In this document: piece by piece, positions 42,781-57,004 of the stretch
Layout of the letters: every line of letters begins with the position of its first letter
Numbering within the stretch: the stretch's first letter is position 1
From: a virus
Strand: one strand, 5' to 3'
DNA: 64,000 bases
Virus record (IMG/VR): IMGVR_UViG_3300046792_000467
The notes under the pieces: generated by a model
The model's database searches: none
What the model was told of the DNA's origin: nothing
The model's input: only the letters and a program-made list of their open reading frames with translations
Program-made: the position numbers and the translations under genes

Positions 42781-43620
42781 TCAGGCCGCAATGAGCGCGG
42801 ATGCCTCGACGGCCCAGTCGAGCACCACGTCCTTCGGATAGTTCGGGCCGCAGTCGACGTGCGTCCCGAGATCTGGGTACGCATGCGTCACGTCGATGTG
42901 CTCGCAGAGCCCCCGCTTACCGGCGAGGATATCCTCAGGCGTGAGCCAGACGAGCGGGATACCGAACTCCTTCGCCTTGTGCGCCACGAGCGCGGCAACG
43001 AGGCGCAGCATGCGCTGCCCGTACGGATCCAGCCACTCGGCCCTCGTCTGCTTCGCGTACCCAGCCTGCTCGATACCGATCGAGCGGGGGTTCACTCCGG
43101 GCGCGTGGAACGCAATGTGCTCGTCCCGCACGCACTGAATGATTGAATCGTCATCCACGACGTACCCGGACGAGCTCGGCTTCACCGGGCCCAACTTGAA
43201 GTACGCAGCGACCGATTCCGCACTCGAGTGAAACTCGCCGATCTCCGCTGAGTGAAGCGTGAGAATGTCCACCGTTGTGCGCGCGGCGTAGCGCCAATCC
43301 CGCGCCTGCACGAATGGAATCGAGGGGAGCTCAGGCCAGACCGGCACAACCACCGGATCCTCGAAGAGCGTCGGATCGAGGAGCGACCGCGTTCGGACTC
43401 CGACAACGCCGTCATCCGCGATCCCGCGGCGTACCTGGAAGGCTTTCGTCGCCAGAGTGGTCATGGGCCCGAACGACCCATCCACCGAGATCGGCCACCT
43501 CGCGGGCCAGGCCGGCGGGAAAGCCTCCCCCTGCTGCGATGCTTGCCACGCCGCGACATCGTGCCCCGTCATCCCGCCCTTCAGGACTCGCCACGTGGAC
43601 GGGGCAGGCTTGATCGGCAT
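42781..43620 (-). CDS. N-acetylmuramoyl-L-alanine amidase (amidase_2/PGRP) with N-terminal PG-binding domain
   Basis: DGSFGPMTTLATKAFQVRRGIADDGVVG (PG_binding_1-like), then LHSAE...AFHAPGVNPRSIGIEQAG; start set at MPIKP. Confidence 0.75.
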   Translation of the reverse strand: MPIKPAPSTWRVLKGGMTGHDVAAWQASQQGEAFPPAWPARWPISVDGSFGPMTTLATKAFQVRRGIADDGVVGVRTRSLLDPTLFEDPVVVPVWPELPSIPFVQARDWRYAARTTVDILTLHSAEIGEFHSSAESVAAYFKLGPVKPSSSGYVVDDDSIIQCVRDEHIAFHAPGVNPRSIGIEQAGYAKQTRAEWLDPYGQRMLRLVAALVAHKAKEFGIPLVWLTPEDILAGKRGLCEHIDVTHAYPDLGTHVDCGPNYPKDVVLDWAVEASALIAA

Positions 43621-43838
43621 GAATATGCATGGTACCCGATTCGTCCAAGCTAGCCAATGCTGAACCCCGTCGTGGTCGTGGCCATCGCCTGGATCGCCTT
43701 CCCTTTCGCCTGGGGCCTTGCCCGCCTCTGGCGGAGCGCCCCGTGACGGCGTCGCTCGCGTACCTCCTTGGGTGGCTCTCCGGTGGCCTCTGCGGTATTT
43801 TGGTCGGAGCCTGGTGGGAAGCCCGACAGTCCGTCCAG

Positions 43839-45014
43839 CTACGTCGTAGAGAGAGCGTTCCAGCGGAGAGTGGCGACGACGCGGATCACACTCGCTAGTG
43901 CGTTGGTGACCGTGAGCACCATCGTCGCGCCGGAAGCGGAGGCTACGACCGATGCTCCGATGGAACCAGGATCCGTTCCCTCGGACGTCGTCTGGCCGTC
44001 TACCACGAAGGCGCCACCCGTCTGGTGAGCGTCCACCTTGAGCTTCGCCGACTGCCCGGCAACCGCCGGTGATACCTTGCTCGCATACGTGAGCTCGATC
44101 CAGAACGTGTAGTTGAAATCGTTTTCTCCGGTCCAGGCCGCCGTGCCGAGCGCATCCGCCAGTACCCCTGTGGTACTGGCCCCCACCTCCACGTGATACG
44201 TCACCGCCCCGCTCTGGATCCCGCCGTGCGCGAACCCACCGAACGCTTCGCCGCCGCCGCGCACTTCCTCCGCCGCGTGCCCCTGCCCGGTCTGGCCAGT
44301 GACGGCACCCCATCCGGACGCGGACGCGGCAAACGCCTGGGCTCGCGCGTTGTAGTTTCGAGCGTGGCTCGCCTCCTCCGAGGCCACGCCTCCGAATCCT
44401 TCCGAGTGCGACGACTCCCCAGAAGCGATACCGTTGTAGCCCTCGGCATGCGCGCCATTGTCGCCCGACGCGATATTCTCTCTCCCCTCCGCGTGCGCGC
44501 CAGGGTTGCCGCTAGCGGTGCAACCCACCCCTTCCACGTGGCACTGAGGGCCGCTTGCCGTACCGTTTTTGCCTTCCGCGTGAGAGGATAGGCCGGTCGC
44601 GACCGAGGTGTCTCCCTCCGCGTGAGCGGCGGCGCCGCGGGCGGCGTCCACGATGCTCCCCCCAGTGGTCGTCGTGTCGATCGCCGATGAGATGCTGAAC
44701 GTGGTGTTACCAGCGGCGAACGCAGGCACGCTCGTGATAGTCCGCGACACGACGTCCTGGATGACTGGCGTGCTGGGCTTGATCCTGGCCATGTCGCCGT
44801 TCACGAAAAATGCGGTCACATCTCCGGCAATCGTCACCGTCGTTCCGTTGGCCGCGATCGTGAACGTCGAAGGGGCGTCTCCGGCTCTCGAGAGCGACCC
44901 CTCTGCTCTCGAGTTATTCCCAGACGCGACCGTGCGATCGTTCGACGCGTTCGCGTTCATCCCCAACGTGAGGACGAGGTTCTTCGCGTACCCGATTCCA
45001 GAGTCGTCGTTCAT
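43839..45014 (-). CDS. tail-fibre/adhesin-like protein with AHAEG-type repeats
   Basis: Reiterated AHAEG..N.ASG / SHAEG / SHSEG motifs resemble YadA-head (Hep_Hag)-like repeats; start set at MNDDSG. Confidence 0.6.
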   Translation of the reverse strand: MNDDSGIGYAKNLVLTLGMNANASNDRTVASGNNSRAEGSLSRAGDAPSTFTIAANGTTVTIAGDVTAFFVNGDMARIKPSTPVIQDVVSRTITSVPAFAAGNTTFSISSAIDTTTTGGSIVDAARGAAAHAEGDTSVATGLSSHAEGKNGTASGPQCHVEGVGCTASGNPGAHAEGRENIASGDNGAHAEGYNGIASGESSHSEGFGGVASEEASHARNYNARAQAFAASASGWGAVTGQTGQGHAAEEVRGGGEAFGGFAHGGIQSGAVTYHVEVGASTTGVLADALGTAAWTGENDFNYTFWIELTYASKVSPAVAGQSAKLKVDAHQTGGAFVVDGQTTSEGTDPGSIGASVVASASGATMVLTVTNALASVIRVVATLRWNALSTT

Positions 45015-45022
45015 GATCGCCT

Positions 45023-46282
<1,260 letters not shown>

Positions 46283-46292
46283 TCAACCATGG

Positions 46293-47609
46293 CTAGAAGT
46301 AAGGACGGCGCAACGCCCAGTCTGTAAACCGCCAGCCTGAGTTTCCTCCGTTGTCAACTCCAAACCGACCGGTCCACCATCGAGCGCCACCGGTCACATA
46401 CACGTCTGTCACCGAGAGCGCGGTTGCTTTCTGCTCGTTCGTCGCGACGCTCCACGTAGTCGGAGAACCAGGAGTGTCGGATGCGAGAGTGCATGGAGAT
46501 CCTGCCGTCCCTACAGCCGAGAACAAAGAGCATGTGTTCGTCACCCCGGCCTTGCTGATGATGCCGCACCCATCCTTTTGAATCTTCACCGGCTTTGTCC
46601 CGGAAAATGTATCGAGCAGTTGCACCGTGTTGGTTCCGACTGTCGCGAGGATGTTGAGCTGGAACGTCGCGGAGAGTCCCGCCATCGTTATGGTCTGGAG
46701 TCCCGTTCCACGCGCCGTGATTGTCGTCGCATTCGTCAGCGCCATTCCCGCAACGAACACCAGGTTACCCAGAAAGCTGGTTCCGAGCGTCTCGTTCCAC
46801 GTTCCCAGGAACCCCGTAAAGTCTATGTTTCGGAAAACCCCGTTGCCAACTGTCACGATTGAGGCGCCCGGGCTTGAGCATAGCAAGTCACGGTAGAGTA
46901 GGCTCTGCCCAGACAACGTGAAGCCACCTGCTCCTCCTAAGAACTCGATGTCGTCGTAAGCTTGTCCCGACGCCCCGCCGACCAGCATCGTCGTCAGCGC
47001 CACCCCACCGTTGAAGGTCAATTTCGACGCTCCACCGTGCGTCAAGGTCAGGTTTGTCTGGTTCGTCGCAGAATCCCACGAAATCCCTGTGCCCGCAATA
47101 ATGCCGTGTGAATTAGTCAGCTTCAGCGTCTTGGTCCCCACTGAGAGATTGAAAAGATTGGTAGTCCACTGCTGGTTATTTGTGTCAAGCGTTCCATTCG
47201 TCAGATTGATCTGTCCGGACCAAAAAGTGTCCGCAAATTGCACCGTTCCGCCCGCCCCATTCACTTTCAGGGCCGCTAATTGGATGTCCTTGCCGGCGGA
47301 TGTAAAAACCTGTGTCCCGCTCGTTCCCACACAGGTCCAAGTGCCCGAATACGTAATGGTACCCCCCAGTGTGACATTCCCCGAGGTACTCAGGGCTTGA
47401 GACCCCGAAAACGTCCCCGTGTATCCCGTCATGTCCAGAATCGCGCACGCCGAGGCGACGTTAATCGCGATGTTCGCTGCGCTGTTGAGGTTCGCGGTAT
47501 CACCAGCGACAGGAAATGAGGCGCCCGAAGCACCTCCGTTGGAGGCTGACCAATTAGTGGTGCTGTTCCAGTTTCCGTTTCCCCCCGTGACAAGCCAACG
47601 GGTTGCCAT
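46293..47609 (-). CDS. beta-helix-like fibre/receptor-binding candidate (438 aa)
   Basis: Gly/Thr/Asn/Ser-rich with repetitive short beta-strand-like segments; embedded in the fibre gene cluster. Confidence 0.5.
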   Translation of the reverse strand: MATRWLVTGGNGNWNSTTNWSASNGGASGASFPVAGDTANLNSAANIAINVASACAILDMTGYTGTFSGSQALSTSGNVTLGGTITYSGTWTCVGTSGTQVFTSAGKDIQLAALKVNGAGGTVQFADTFWSGQINLTNGTLDTNNQQWTTNLFNLSVGTKTLKLTNSHGIIAGTGISWDSATNQTNLTLTHGGASKLTFNGGVALTTMLVGGASGQAYDDIEFLGGAGGFTLSGQSLLYRDLLCSSPGASIVTVGNGVFRNIDFTGFLGTWNETLGTSFLGNLVFVAGMALTNATTITARGTGLQTITMAGLSATFQLNILATVGTNTVQLLDTFSGTKPVKIQKDGCGIISKAGVTNTCSLFSAVGTAGSPCTLASDTPGSPTTWSVATNEQKATALSVTDVYVTGGARWWTGRFGVDNGGNSGWRFTDWALRRPYF

Positions 47610-47610
47610 T

Positions 47611-49105
<1,495 letters not shown>

Positions 49106-49164
49106 CAGAAGCAGGATACCAGGACTTCTCCCGCAACAACAGCTGCTGTAGGATAGGGCTCAAG

Positions 49165-49449
49165 GTGCAGCGGTTTTCTCCGGATATTCCCTGGGTCCTC
49201 ATCTGGCGCGAGCCGCGGGGGCCTCTATTCTCGCTACGCTGTGAGGTGTGCGGGGGGAGCGATGTCGGGGACTTGGACGAGGCCAACCGCTTCGCTGCGG
49301 CCCACCGCGTTCACGCGGCCCCCCAGGGCTCACTCCGGCTCGGCGACGCATTCGCCACAGTCGCAAAGCCCGTCGCGCGCGCCTTCGGGCGCGCTCCCTG
49401 CACCCCATGCGAAGCCCGCCGGCGGGCACTAAACTCTCTCAAATTCTGA
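49165..49449 (+). CDS. hypothetical protein (94 aa, GTG start tentative)
   Basis: High third-position GC in this frame by eye; AGGATAGGG upstream. Confidence 0.4.
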   Translation: MQRFSPDIPWVLIWREPRGPLFSLRCEVCGGSDVGDLDEANRFAAAHRVHAAPQGSLRLGDAFATVAKPVARAFGRAPCTPCEARRRALNSLKF

Positions 49450-49465
49450 AGGAGCACGAACGAGC

Positions 49466-49759
49466 ATGGAATCCAGAGGCGTCTCCGATCACCCCGGTCC
49501 GGTTCTCGATCCACTCATCGCCATCCTGTCTGCACAGGCCGCGGCCAGCGAGAAGCAGACCGAGGCGCTCGGAGCGCTCGGACGGCTTGTCGCGAATCTC
49601 GATCGGACGCATGAGGCGGAACTGAGCAAGGTCCAGAAGGCGCTCAGAGATCTCGCCGCTGACGTACGAACAGCATTGGACCGACTCGGCCCTCTCGAGC
49701 TCGAGGTCGACTTTCTGAGAACCGAGCGCCGCATGCGAGACAACGGTCACCATGGCTAA
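49466..49759 (+). CDS. hypothetical coiled-coil protein (97 aa)
   Basis: ORF track. Confidence 0.45.
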   Translation: MESRGVSDHPGPVLDPLIAILSAQAAASEKQTEALGALGRLVANLDRTHEAELSKVQKALRDLAADVRTALDRLGPLELEVDFLRTERRMRDNGHHG

Positions 49760-50174
49760 GAAGCACGGGATCGATCCCGCCGTGGGCCGCTCCCTCGGCG
49801 AGTCCGCGAAGCACAATGCCGAGCAACGACGACTGATCTCTGATCTTGCCCGAAGCCGAGGGACGGTTGTCCCCGAGGAGCACGCGCCGCATCCGTTGCC
49901 CTCGAACTGGCAAGAGGAGCTGACTCCGATCCAGAACGACCTCGAAGAACTGAAGCGGCAGATGGGCGCGCGCCCTCAGCAAGCCTCACATCCGGAGTTC
50001 TCGGTCCGCGCTCCCTGGGGCACTGGACTTCGTCTTGCCGGGATAGCCGGCTGGCAGATCGCCGCGGTCGCGATTTCCCTCGGGGCGATTGCCGCGTGGG
50101 CCTGGGTGGCGACGCACTCGATTACGATTGCGACACCGGTGACACTGCCTGCCCCGGCACCGCGGCCTTCTTAG
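49752..50174 (+). CDS. membrane-anchored protein (140 aa)
   Basis: C-terminal TM segment GWQIAAVAISLGAIAAWAWV. Confidence 0.45.
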   Translation: MAKKHGIDPAVGRSLGESAKHNAEQRRLISDLARSRGTVVPEEHAPHPLPSNWQEELTPIQNDLEELKRQMGARPQQASHPEFSVRAPWGTGLRLAGIAGWQIAAVAISLGAIAAWAWVATHSITIATPVTLPAPAPRPS

Positions 50175-50334
50175 GCAAGCGCGAATACGGGGTTCGCGAG
50201 TACGCGTACTCGTGCACGGTCACGTTCTGTCCAGCGGCCCACTTCTCGATCCCTTCCAAGGGCTCCCGCTCGAGGACATGTTCGCTGCCGTTGTCGTGAA
50301 AGATCACCCGATACATCTTCGGTGGATGAGTCAT
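50122..50334 (-). CDS. hypothetical protein (70 aa)
   Basis: Internal Met MTHPPK with ATGA overlap. Confidence 0.4.
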   Translation of the reverse strand: MTHPPKMYRVIFHDNGSEHVLEREPLEGIEKWAAGQNVTVHEYAYSRTPYSRLPKKAAVPGQAVSPVSQS

Positions 50335-50588
50335 TGTGCGCTCCCGCTTGCGCGCCAGACCGACGATCCGAACGGTGCCGTCTCGCTGAACACGCGGACG
50401 TCCAGGTCGCTGTATCGTTTCCGATTCTCGCGCCAAGCCGTGATAATTAGCGTCTGCTCTTCGTCCGTCAAGCGTTCGCCTCGCTTGGCGCGACACCGCA
50501 GCCGGAACACGTCAACCCACTGACTTTCGGTCAGGCACGGACTCGATTGTCGAATGCTCTTGCTCCCTTCGCGCTTCACTTTGGCCAT
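50331..50588 (-). CDS. hypothetical protein (85 aa)
   Basis: Internal Met MAKVKR. Confidence 0.4.
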   Translation of the reverse strand: MAKVKREGSKSIRQSSPCLTESQWVDVFRLRCRAKRGERLTDEEQTLIITAWRENRKRYSDLDVRVFSETAPFGSSVWRASGSAQ

Positions 50589-50782
50589 TTGCGTCTCCCG
50601 TCCGAGTCGTACTCGCCGCCGCACTGCCAACAACGACGCACGTACCCTCGAGCGGTTACTACGTGCTGCAATGTAGCCTGCCTGCCGTGCGCCGCGCAGT
50701 GCGGGCACTTTCTGGTGCGCCACTCACGGCGCCAGGTGAGCGCTGTCTGCCAGATCGCGCCAACGAGCCCGCCGTCGGACAT
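50576..50782 (-). CDS. zinc-ribbon protein (68 aa)
   Basis: CPHC...CWQCG pairs. Confidence 0.45.
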   Translation of the reverse strand: MSDGGLVGAIWQTALTWRREWRTRKCPHCAAHGRQATLQHVVTARGYVRRCWQCGGEYDSDGRRKWPK

Positions 50783-50805
50783 CTATTGCTCGTACTTTCT
50801 CGGTG

Positions 50806-51354
50806 TCATCGGAGGCCCTTTCTTCTCGGTCGTCGTCCTCGATCAAAACACTGGAGCTCACAGGGCCCGCAGTACCCGACGAGGTGCCCCGTGTAGCGCT
50901 CCGCAATGGCGTCCGCCGTTCGTTCAATCGAATCCGAGTCCCGACGCTGCCAGGCGTTCATCCGAGCGAGATTCGCTTGCTCGGCCTTCTTGTTGATGAG
51001 CTTGGCGGGGACCCGAGGCAGCCGCACGAGCTCCCCGTCGTCGATGAGCACGAACTCGGCCGGGTAGAGAAAGTCCGTCGCGTGTCCGAACTCATGACTC
51101 AAAATAGCGAGCAGCGTCTCCTCTGGTAGCTCCGCGATCTCGGGCGCGACCACCATGCGCCGTCCCGTGTCCTCGCAGGCCGCGAAGTGGCGCGCCGAGT
51201 CGTGGATCCAAGGCGCCACCTCGAACCTCACTTTCTTGCACCGCTCCGCCCCCGCCTTCACGAAGGTCTCCTGTACCGCCAGGAAGTACGGCTCGATGAC
51301 GGCTTCCGCTTCCTCGTCCGTGCGCGAGGAGCGGATCTCAGGACATGCGCTCAA
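50806..51354 (-). CDS. zinc metallopeptidase-like protein (HEXXH)
   Basis: ILSHEFGHATDF motif. Confidence 0.55.
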   Translation of the reverse strand: MSACPEIRSSRTDEEAEAVIEPYFLAVQETFVKAGAERCKKVRFEVAPWIHDSARHFAACEDTGRRMVVAPEIAELPEETLLAILSHEFGHATDFLYPAEFVLIDDGELVRLPRVPAKLINKKAEQANLARMNAWQRRDSDSIERTADAIAERYTGHLVGYCGPCELQCFDRGRRPRRKGLR

Positions 51355-51373
51355 TTCTGCTCCCGTTCTTCGA

Positions 51374-51610
51374 TCATGGCGCCACCACGGTCGGCCTGAA
51401 GGGGACCCTCTTGTTTCGGTGAGCCTTGCAATAGGCGGCGTACTCCTCCCGGCCCCACATCTCGAGCTCCCCGTAGCCGTCCATTCCGGTCCGCAGCACG
51501 CGAAGCCAGCCCCACGCGATTAACATGTTCGCGGGGATAGCCTCCCCGTGCCTCGTTCCCGTCGGCGTCTTGACCGGGAAGCACAGAACTACCGATGGGC
51601 GGGCCTTCAT
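51374..51610 (-). CDS. hypothetical protein (78 aa)
   Basis: Internal Met MKARPS. Confidence 0.4.
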   Translation of the reverse strand: MKARPSVVLCFPVKTPTGTRHGEAIPANMLIAWGWLRVLRTGMDGYGELEMWGREEYAAYCKAHRNKRVPFRPTVVAP

Positions 51611-51645
51611 TTTCCGATCTCCGCCTTGAGGGACACCGGACAGAA

Positions 51646-52107
51646 TCAACCACCCCGCTGTTGCCGATACATCGTGACCTGCTGCTTCCATTGCGCGAGC
51701 AGGTTTGGATCGATGAGGTTCTGAGAGAGAGCGTCATTCACTCGCGCCCGAGCCTCGTCGGGGGTGATCTGCGGACAGAGAAATCCGTCTGGGCACTTTG
51801 AACACTTGATGTTCGCCGGATAGAGCTTCCCGTTGTTCTGGCTGTACTGCCAGCCGTTGGGAAGGAGGAGCGATGCCCCGGGGAGCCCGTTCGTGCCCGC
51901 GATGTAGAGCTCCTGCCATTCGAGCGTGACATCGTGCTCCTTACCGCACGACCGACAGTTCATCCGGATCTTCAATCCCTCCGGACTGATCTCTTCCTTC
52001 AGGCCGTCGTAGTCCTCGATGCCGAGGCCGCCGAATACGCCCGCGTCGTCCTTTCTGAGGACGTCATCGAAGTAATCAACCCCTGGGTCTCGTGATCCCT
52101 TGAACAT
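51646..52107 (-). CDS. hypothetical zinc-ribbon protein (153 aa)
   Basis: Internal Met MFKGSR; CRSCG...CSKCPDGFLC. Confidence 0.45.
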   Translation of the reverse strand: MFKGSRDPGVDYFDDVLRKDDAGVFGGLGIEDYDGLKEEISPEGLKIRMNCRSCGKEHDVTLEWQELYIAGTNGLPGASLLLPNGWQYSQNNGKLYPANIKCSKCPDGFLCPQITPDEARARVNDALSQNLIDPNLLAQWKQQVTMYRQQRGG

Positions 52108-52159
52108 GGCGTCGTTCCCTTTCAGCAAAAACTGTCGGACATTTTCGAGACGAAAGCGC

Positions 52160-53026
52160 TCAGGGCGTGGTGCCCGTTTGCATGTAGATGCCGAGATCTC
52201 GGAGCAGAGGATGGGTCCCGTTCCCGGTCCCGTAGATGTTGGAGAACGCAAGGTCGAGATCGGGGCTCGTAAAATCCCACACGTCCGCCGGATCGGTCGT
52301 CGCATTCGTGCGCGTCGCGAGAATGATGAGCTCGTCGCCTTCCGCGTCCGTCCAGAACGGCATGAAGATCGGCATGCTCGCAGCGCCCGAGTCCGCGCCA
52401 AGCGTCGCCGGGTCCATGACGCCCTGCTGAATAACCCCGGGGCGCCCGTCTCGAAGAATTGGCTGCAGGAACTGCGTGACCGAGTCCATCGTCGGCGTGA
52501 TTTGCTCCACGCGGATGACGAGGTTTCCGGCTCCCGTGGCGGGCTCCGTTTGCTCGTACGCGATCACATGCCACGAGGCGGGGAGTGTCGAGCGGGGGAG
52601 CGCGGGGCCGCTCGAGGTATCCGGCGCCCCGGGGGTCTGGCGAGGAAAGTGGTAGGGAGCGCGCTTGTGCTTCACCGCCGGATCCCGGAACCCGCCGAGG
52701 TTCTGGTAGCGCCAGATCAATCTGTAACTGTAGAACTGAAACGGAAAGAGGGCGTTTCCCGGCGGCACCGGAGAGAAACAGATCGGCAGCCACAAGATGA
52801 CGCGGGCGCCTTCTGGGACCGGGATCCCTGCGAGTAAATCCGGATCGAATCCAGCGGACTGAGCGCGGGCGCGAGGATCACGCTCTCCCGGGAAGGCAAT
52901 CGGAGTGAGAGCCTGTCGTCCCTGGTACCGAGCCTCGAATCCCTCGAATGGCTTCAGTACTCTCACATTCGTGAGCTGTGCATCGACCATCGTGGCCCCA
53001 GAGGGGGCGCCTGCTGCATCTCCCAT
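52160..53026 (-). CDS. hypothetical protein (288 aa), possibly structural
   Basis: ORF track; located within the structural gene region. Confidence 0.5.
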   Translation of the reverse strand: MGDAAGAPSGATMVDAQLTNVRVLKPFEGFEARYQGRQALTPIAFPGERDPRARAQSAGFDPDLLAGIPVPEGARVILWLPICFSPVPPGNALFPFQFYSYRLIWRYQNLGGFRDPAVKHKRAPYHFPRQTPGAPDTSSGPALPRSTLPASWHVIAYEQTEPATGAGNLVIRVEQITPTMDSVTQFLQPILRDGRPGVIQQGVMDPATLGADSGAASMPIFMPFWTDAEGDELIILATRTNATTDPADVWDFTSPDLDLAFSNIYGTGNGTHPLLRDLGIYMQTGTTP

Positions 53027-53035
53027 CGAGTGCTC

Positions 53036-54196
<1,161 letters not shown>

Positions 54197-54241
54197 CTGA
54201 ATTCATTCCTTTCAGGCATCGAAGAAGATCCCTCTGTTCGG

Positions 54242-54805
54242 CTACGGACCACCCGTCGGGCCTGTCGAACCCGTCGGACCCGTGGGGCCCGTTGCTGCCG
54301 TTGGGCCAGTCGGACCCGTTGCGCCAGTGCGTCCTGTGGGGCCGGTGGAACCCGTCGCACCGGTCTCGGACGATGGGCCAGTCGGCCCAGAGGGAGTGAT
54401 CGGTGTCGGCGTACCGAGCACCAACATTCCCATGAAGAGGGTCCCCTTGGACCCCCCCGCAATCTGCGAATCGCTCACCGTGCCGGAGGTCGGCGCGACG
54501 ACGTCGCGCGCAATGGCGAGCGCCTCCGCTTCGGCCGCCATGTAGCACGACACGCTGGGCGCCGACGGGAAGCCGCCCTGAATGAGATCTGCTCCGAGTG
54601 CGGCCTCGATCGTCACGGTGAAGGCGTCCCCGCTGCCCGCTGCGGCGAGAGTAATCGCAATCACCTGGTAGGAACCAGCGAGCGCGTAGATCGCGTCGAG
54701 GGCGTCGTTCGTGAGCGCCTGCAAGTCGTCCGGAGTCTCAGCCTGCACGATGCGGGTAACCAACGACGACGCACTCGCGAGGGTCACGCTTCCGAAGCGA
54801 CTCAT
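54242..54805 (-). CDS. short collagen-like fibre-family protein (187 aa)
   Basis: Tandem paralogue of 53633..54196. Confidence 0.7.
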   Translation of the reverse strand: MSRFGSVTLASASSLVTRIVQAETPDDLQALTNDALDAIYALAGSYQVIAITLAAAGSGDAFTVTIEAALGADLIQGGFPSAPSVSCYMAAEAEALAIARDVVAPTSGTVSDSQIAGGSKGTLFMGMLVLGTPTPITPSGPTGPSSETGATGSTGPTGRTGATGPTGPTAATGPTGPTGSTGPTGGP

Positions 54806-54889
54806 AAGCAGAGACGGTACCTGAACTTCATAACTCGAGGAAGGGAGAACTTTTCGGCCCCAAAAACCTCTAGCTTTTAGGGAACAAAC

Positions 54890-57004
54890 ATGGCTAGCTG
54901 GCTATCCATGTCCGACCGAGATGCGGGGTCTCCCGAGTGCCCGAGGCTTGTCCTCTGCCTGATGGTGAAGAACGAGGAGAAGATCATCGAGCGGTGCCTG
55001 CGTTCGGTTCTTCCTCACGTTGACGGGGTCGTCGTGTGCTGGAACGGCACCGACGAGACGCGCGCCATCGCGAACCGCATCCTCTCAGAGTGGGACCGCG
55101 ACGCGGCGTTTCGCTCCTTCCATTTCGAGTACCACGAGTGGGTGAACTTCGGACACAACCGATCGCTGTCCGCGAAGGCCGCGAAGGGATGGGTCAGGGA
55201 AATGCATCGGGAGTGGCCCCTCGACTCCACCTACCTCCTCTTCATGGACGCGGATATGGAGCTCGTTGTCGAGCCGGGCTTCGACCGGAAGATGCTCACG
55301 GCGCCGGGGCACTACCTCATCCAGCTGAACCACGGCGAGTTCTACCCGAACCTCCGTCTCGCGCGGCTCTCTCACGACTGGCGCGCGGTCAGCGTCACAC
55401 ATGAATACTGGGCGGCGACGCCGGACATCGGTGACCCTCCGGAGATCGGCCGGCAGTACATGTGGCTCCGCGATCACGACGACGGCGGCTCGAAGAGCGA
55501 CAAGACCGAGCGGGACATTCGTCTCCTCGAGCAGGGGCTCATCGACGAGCCAGGAAACGTCCGCTACATGTTTTACCTCGCGCGGGCGTACGCGGACAGT
55601 GGGAAGCACGAGCAGGCCGTTGCGCTCTACCGCAAACGCCGCGACGCGGGAGGCTGGGATCAAGAGGCGTGGTACGCGCATTACAGGGAGGGGCTGTCCC
55701 TCCTCGCGCTCGGACGGGAAGCGGAGGGGGTCGGTACCCTCGTCGCCGCCTACCAGCGGCGCCCGTCGCGGGTGGAGCCGCTCGTGAACCTAGCGTCCCA
55801 CCATAGAGAGAGGGGACGCAATCACGCGGCGCTCCTATTCGCTCGACAGGCGAGCAAGATCCCGCTCCCGAGCACCGGTCTCTTCGTCTGGGCAGATGCG
55901 TACCAGACGGCTCCTCTGAAAGAGATTGCGATCTCTGCCTACTACACGGAGCACCAGGACGAAGGGATCGCTGCCGCAGAAAAGCTCATTGGCGCCCGCG
56001 ACTGCGATGCGCATACGCAAGCCCACATGCTTCAGACGCTGAGCTTCTATGTGAAGCCGATGCTCGGGCAGGCCAACCGCATGGGCGTTTTTGCCGTATC
56101 CGAAAAGCTCCGGACGTCGTCCGCAAAGTTCCTCGGGCTCACCGAGCCGAACACCACCGAGTACGTCCCGAAGAACCCGGCCATCGTCACGTACCGCGGC
56201 ACGGTCTACGCCAACCTCTCGCTCGTCAACTACTACCACGAGCGCGGAGTCGTCTTCGCTCCGAAGGATCCAGACGGGATCGTTCGCACGAGGAACGTCG
56301 TCGTGCGCCCGATGGAGCCTCCGTTCGTCGGCGACGTGGAGACGACGCCTCTCTGGTGGCCCAGCGGCTGGAATCCCGATGTTCATGTTCGCGGGCTCGA
56401 AGATCAGCGATGGGTCGTGCACGAAGATCGGATCTGGTTTACCGCGACGTGCTTTCATCCGGCCGGGCGCCCCGAGGTCGTCCTCGGCAGGCTAAACACG
56501 ACCGTTCGCGACATCGAGTTCCTCACGACGCTGAAGTGCCCGCTCGCCGGGCCGTGCGAGAAAAACTGGGTACCGTGGGAGACGGGCAGGGGGCTGCTGC
56601 TCATCTACGGGTTCGATCCGTTCACATTGCTGCGGCCTGACTGCGTCACCGGAGAGTGTGAGGTGTACTCCCGCTCTCCCTCCCCCGTGAACGCCTCCTC
56701 CTGGCGCGGCGGCACGCCCCCAGTGAGAGCCCCATGGGGACGGTGGGTGATGCTCGTCCATGTCGTGGCGCACTTCGATGATCATCGTGTCTACATGCAC
56801 CGATGGGTGGAACTCGCCGAACACCGACCGATCAGTCGTTGGAGCACTCTCGTGGCTTTTGGCCACGTCGGCGTCGAGTACGCGACCGGGCTACTCGACA
56901 AAGGCGACACAGTTCTCGTCGCCTTCGGTTCCGAAGAGCGCGAGGCATGCTGGATGGAATTCGACTGGAGCACGATCGATAAATTGCTAGAGGAGAGAAA
57001 ATGA
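54890..57004 (+). CDS. family-2 glycosyltransferase with TPR region and large C-terminal domain (alternative start 54908)
   Basis: N-terminal [28 protein letters not shown]...DADME (GT-A DxD-type); TPR-like [25 protein letters not shown]. Confidence 0.65.
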   Translation: MASWLSMSDRDAGSPECPRLVLCLMVKNEEKIIERCLRSVLPHVDGVVVCWNGTDETRAIANRILSEWDRDAAFRSFHFEYHEWVNFGHNRSLSAKAAKGWVREMHREWPLDSTYLLFMDADMELVVEPGFDRKMLTAPGHYLIQLNHGEFYPNLRLARLSHDWRAVSVTHEYWAATPDIGDPPEIGRQYMWLRDHDDGGSKSDKTERDIRLLEQGLIDEPGNVRYMFYLARAYADSGKHEQAVALYRKRRDAGGWDQEAWYAHYREGLSLLALGREAEGVGTLVAAYQRRPSRVEPLVNLASHHRERGRNHAALLFARQASKIPLPSTGLFVWADAYQTAPLKEIAISAYYTEHQDEGIAAAEKLIGARDCDAHTQAHMLQTLSFYVKPMLGQANRMGVFAVSEKLRTSSAKFLGLTEPNTTEYVPKNPAIVTYRGTVYANLSLVNYYHERGVVFAPKDPDGIVRTRNVVVRPMEPPFVGDVETTPLWWPSGWNPDVHVRGLEDQRWVVHEDRIWFTATCFHPAGRPEVVLGRLNTTVRDIEFLTTLKCPLAGPCEKNWVPWETGRGLLLIYGFDPFTLLRPDCVTGECEVYSRSPSPVNASSWRGGTPPVRAPWGRWVMLVHVVAHFDDHRVYMHRWVELAEHRPISRWSTLVAFGHVGVEYATGLLDKGDTVLVAFGSEEREACWMEFDWSTIDKLLEERK
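54892..54907. promoter_or_regulatory. pair of GGCTAGCC-type boxes
   Basis: GGCTAGCT-GGCTATCC read directly; lies between the first ATG (54890) and second ATG (54908) of the GT2 ORF. Confidence 0.4.
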
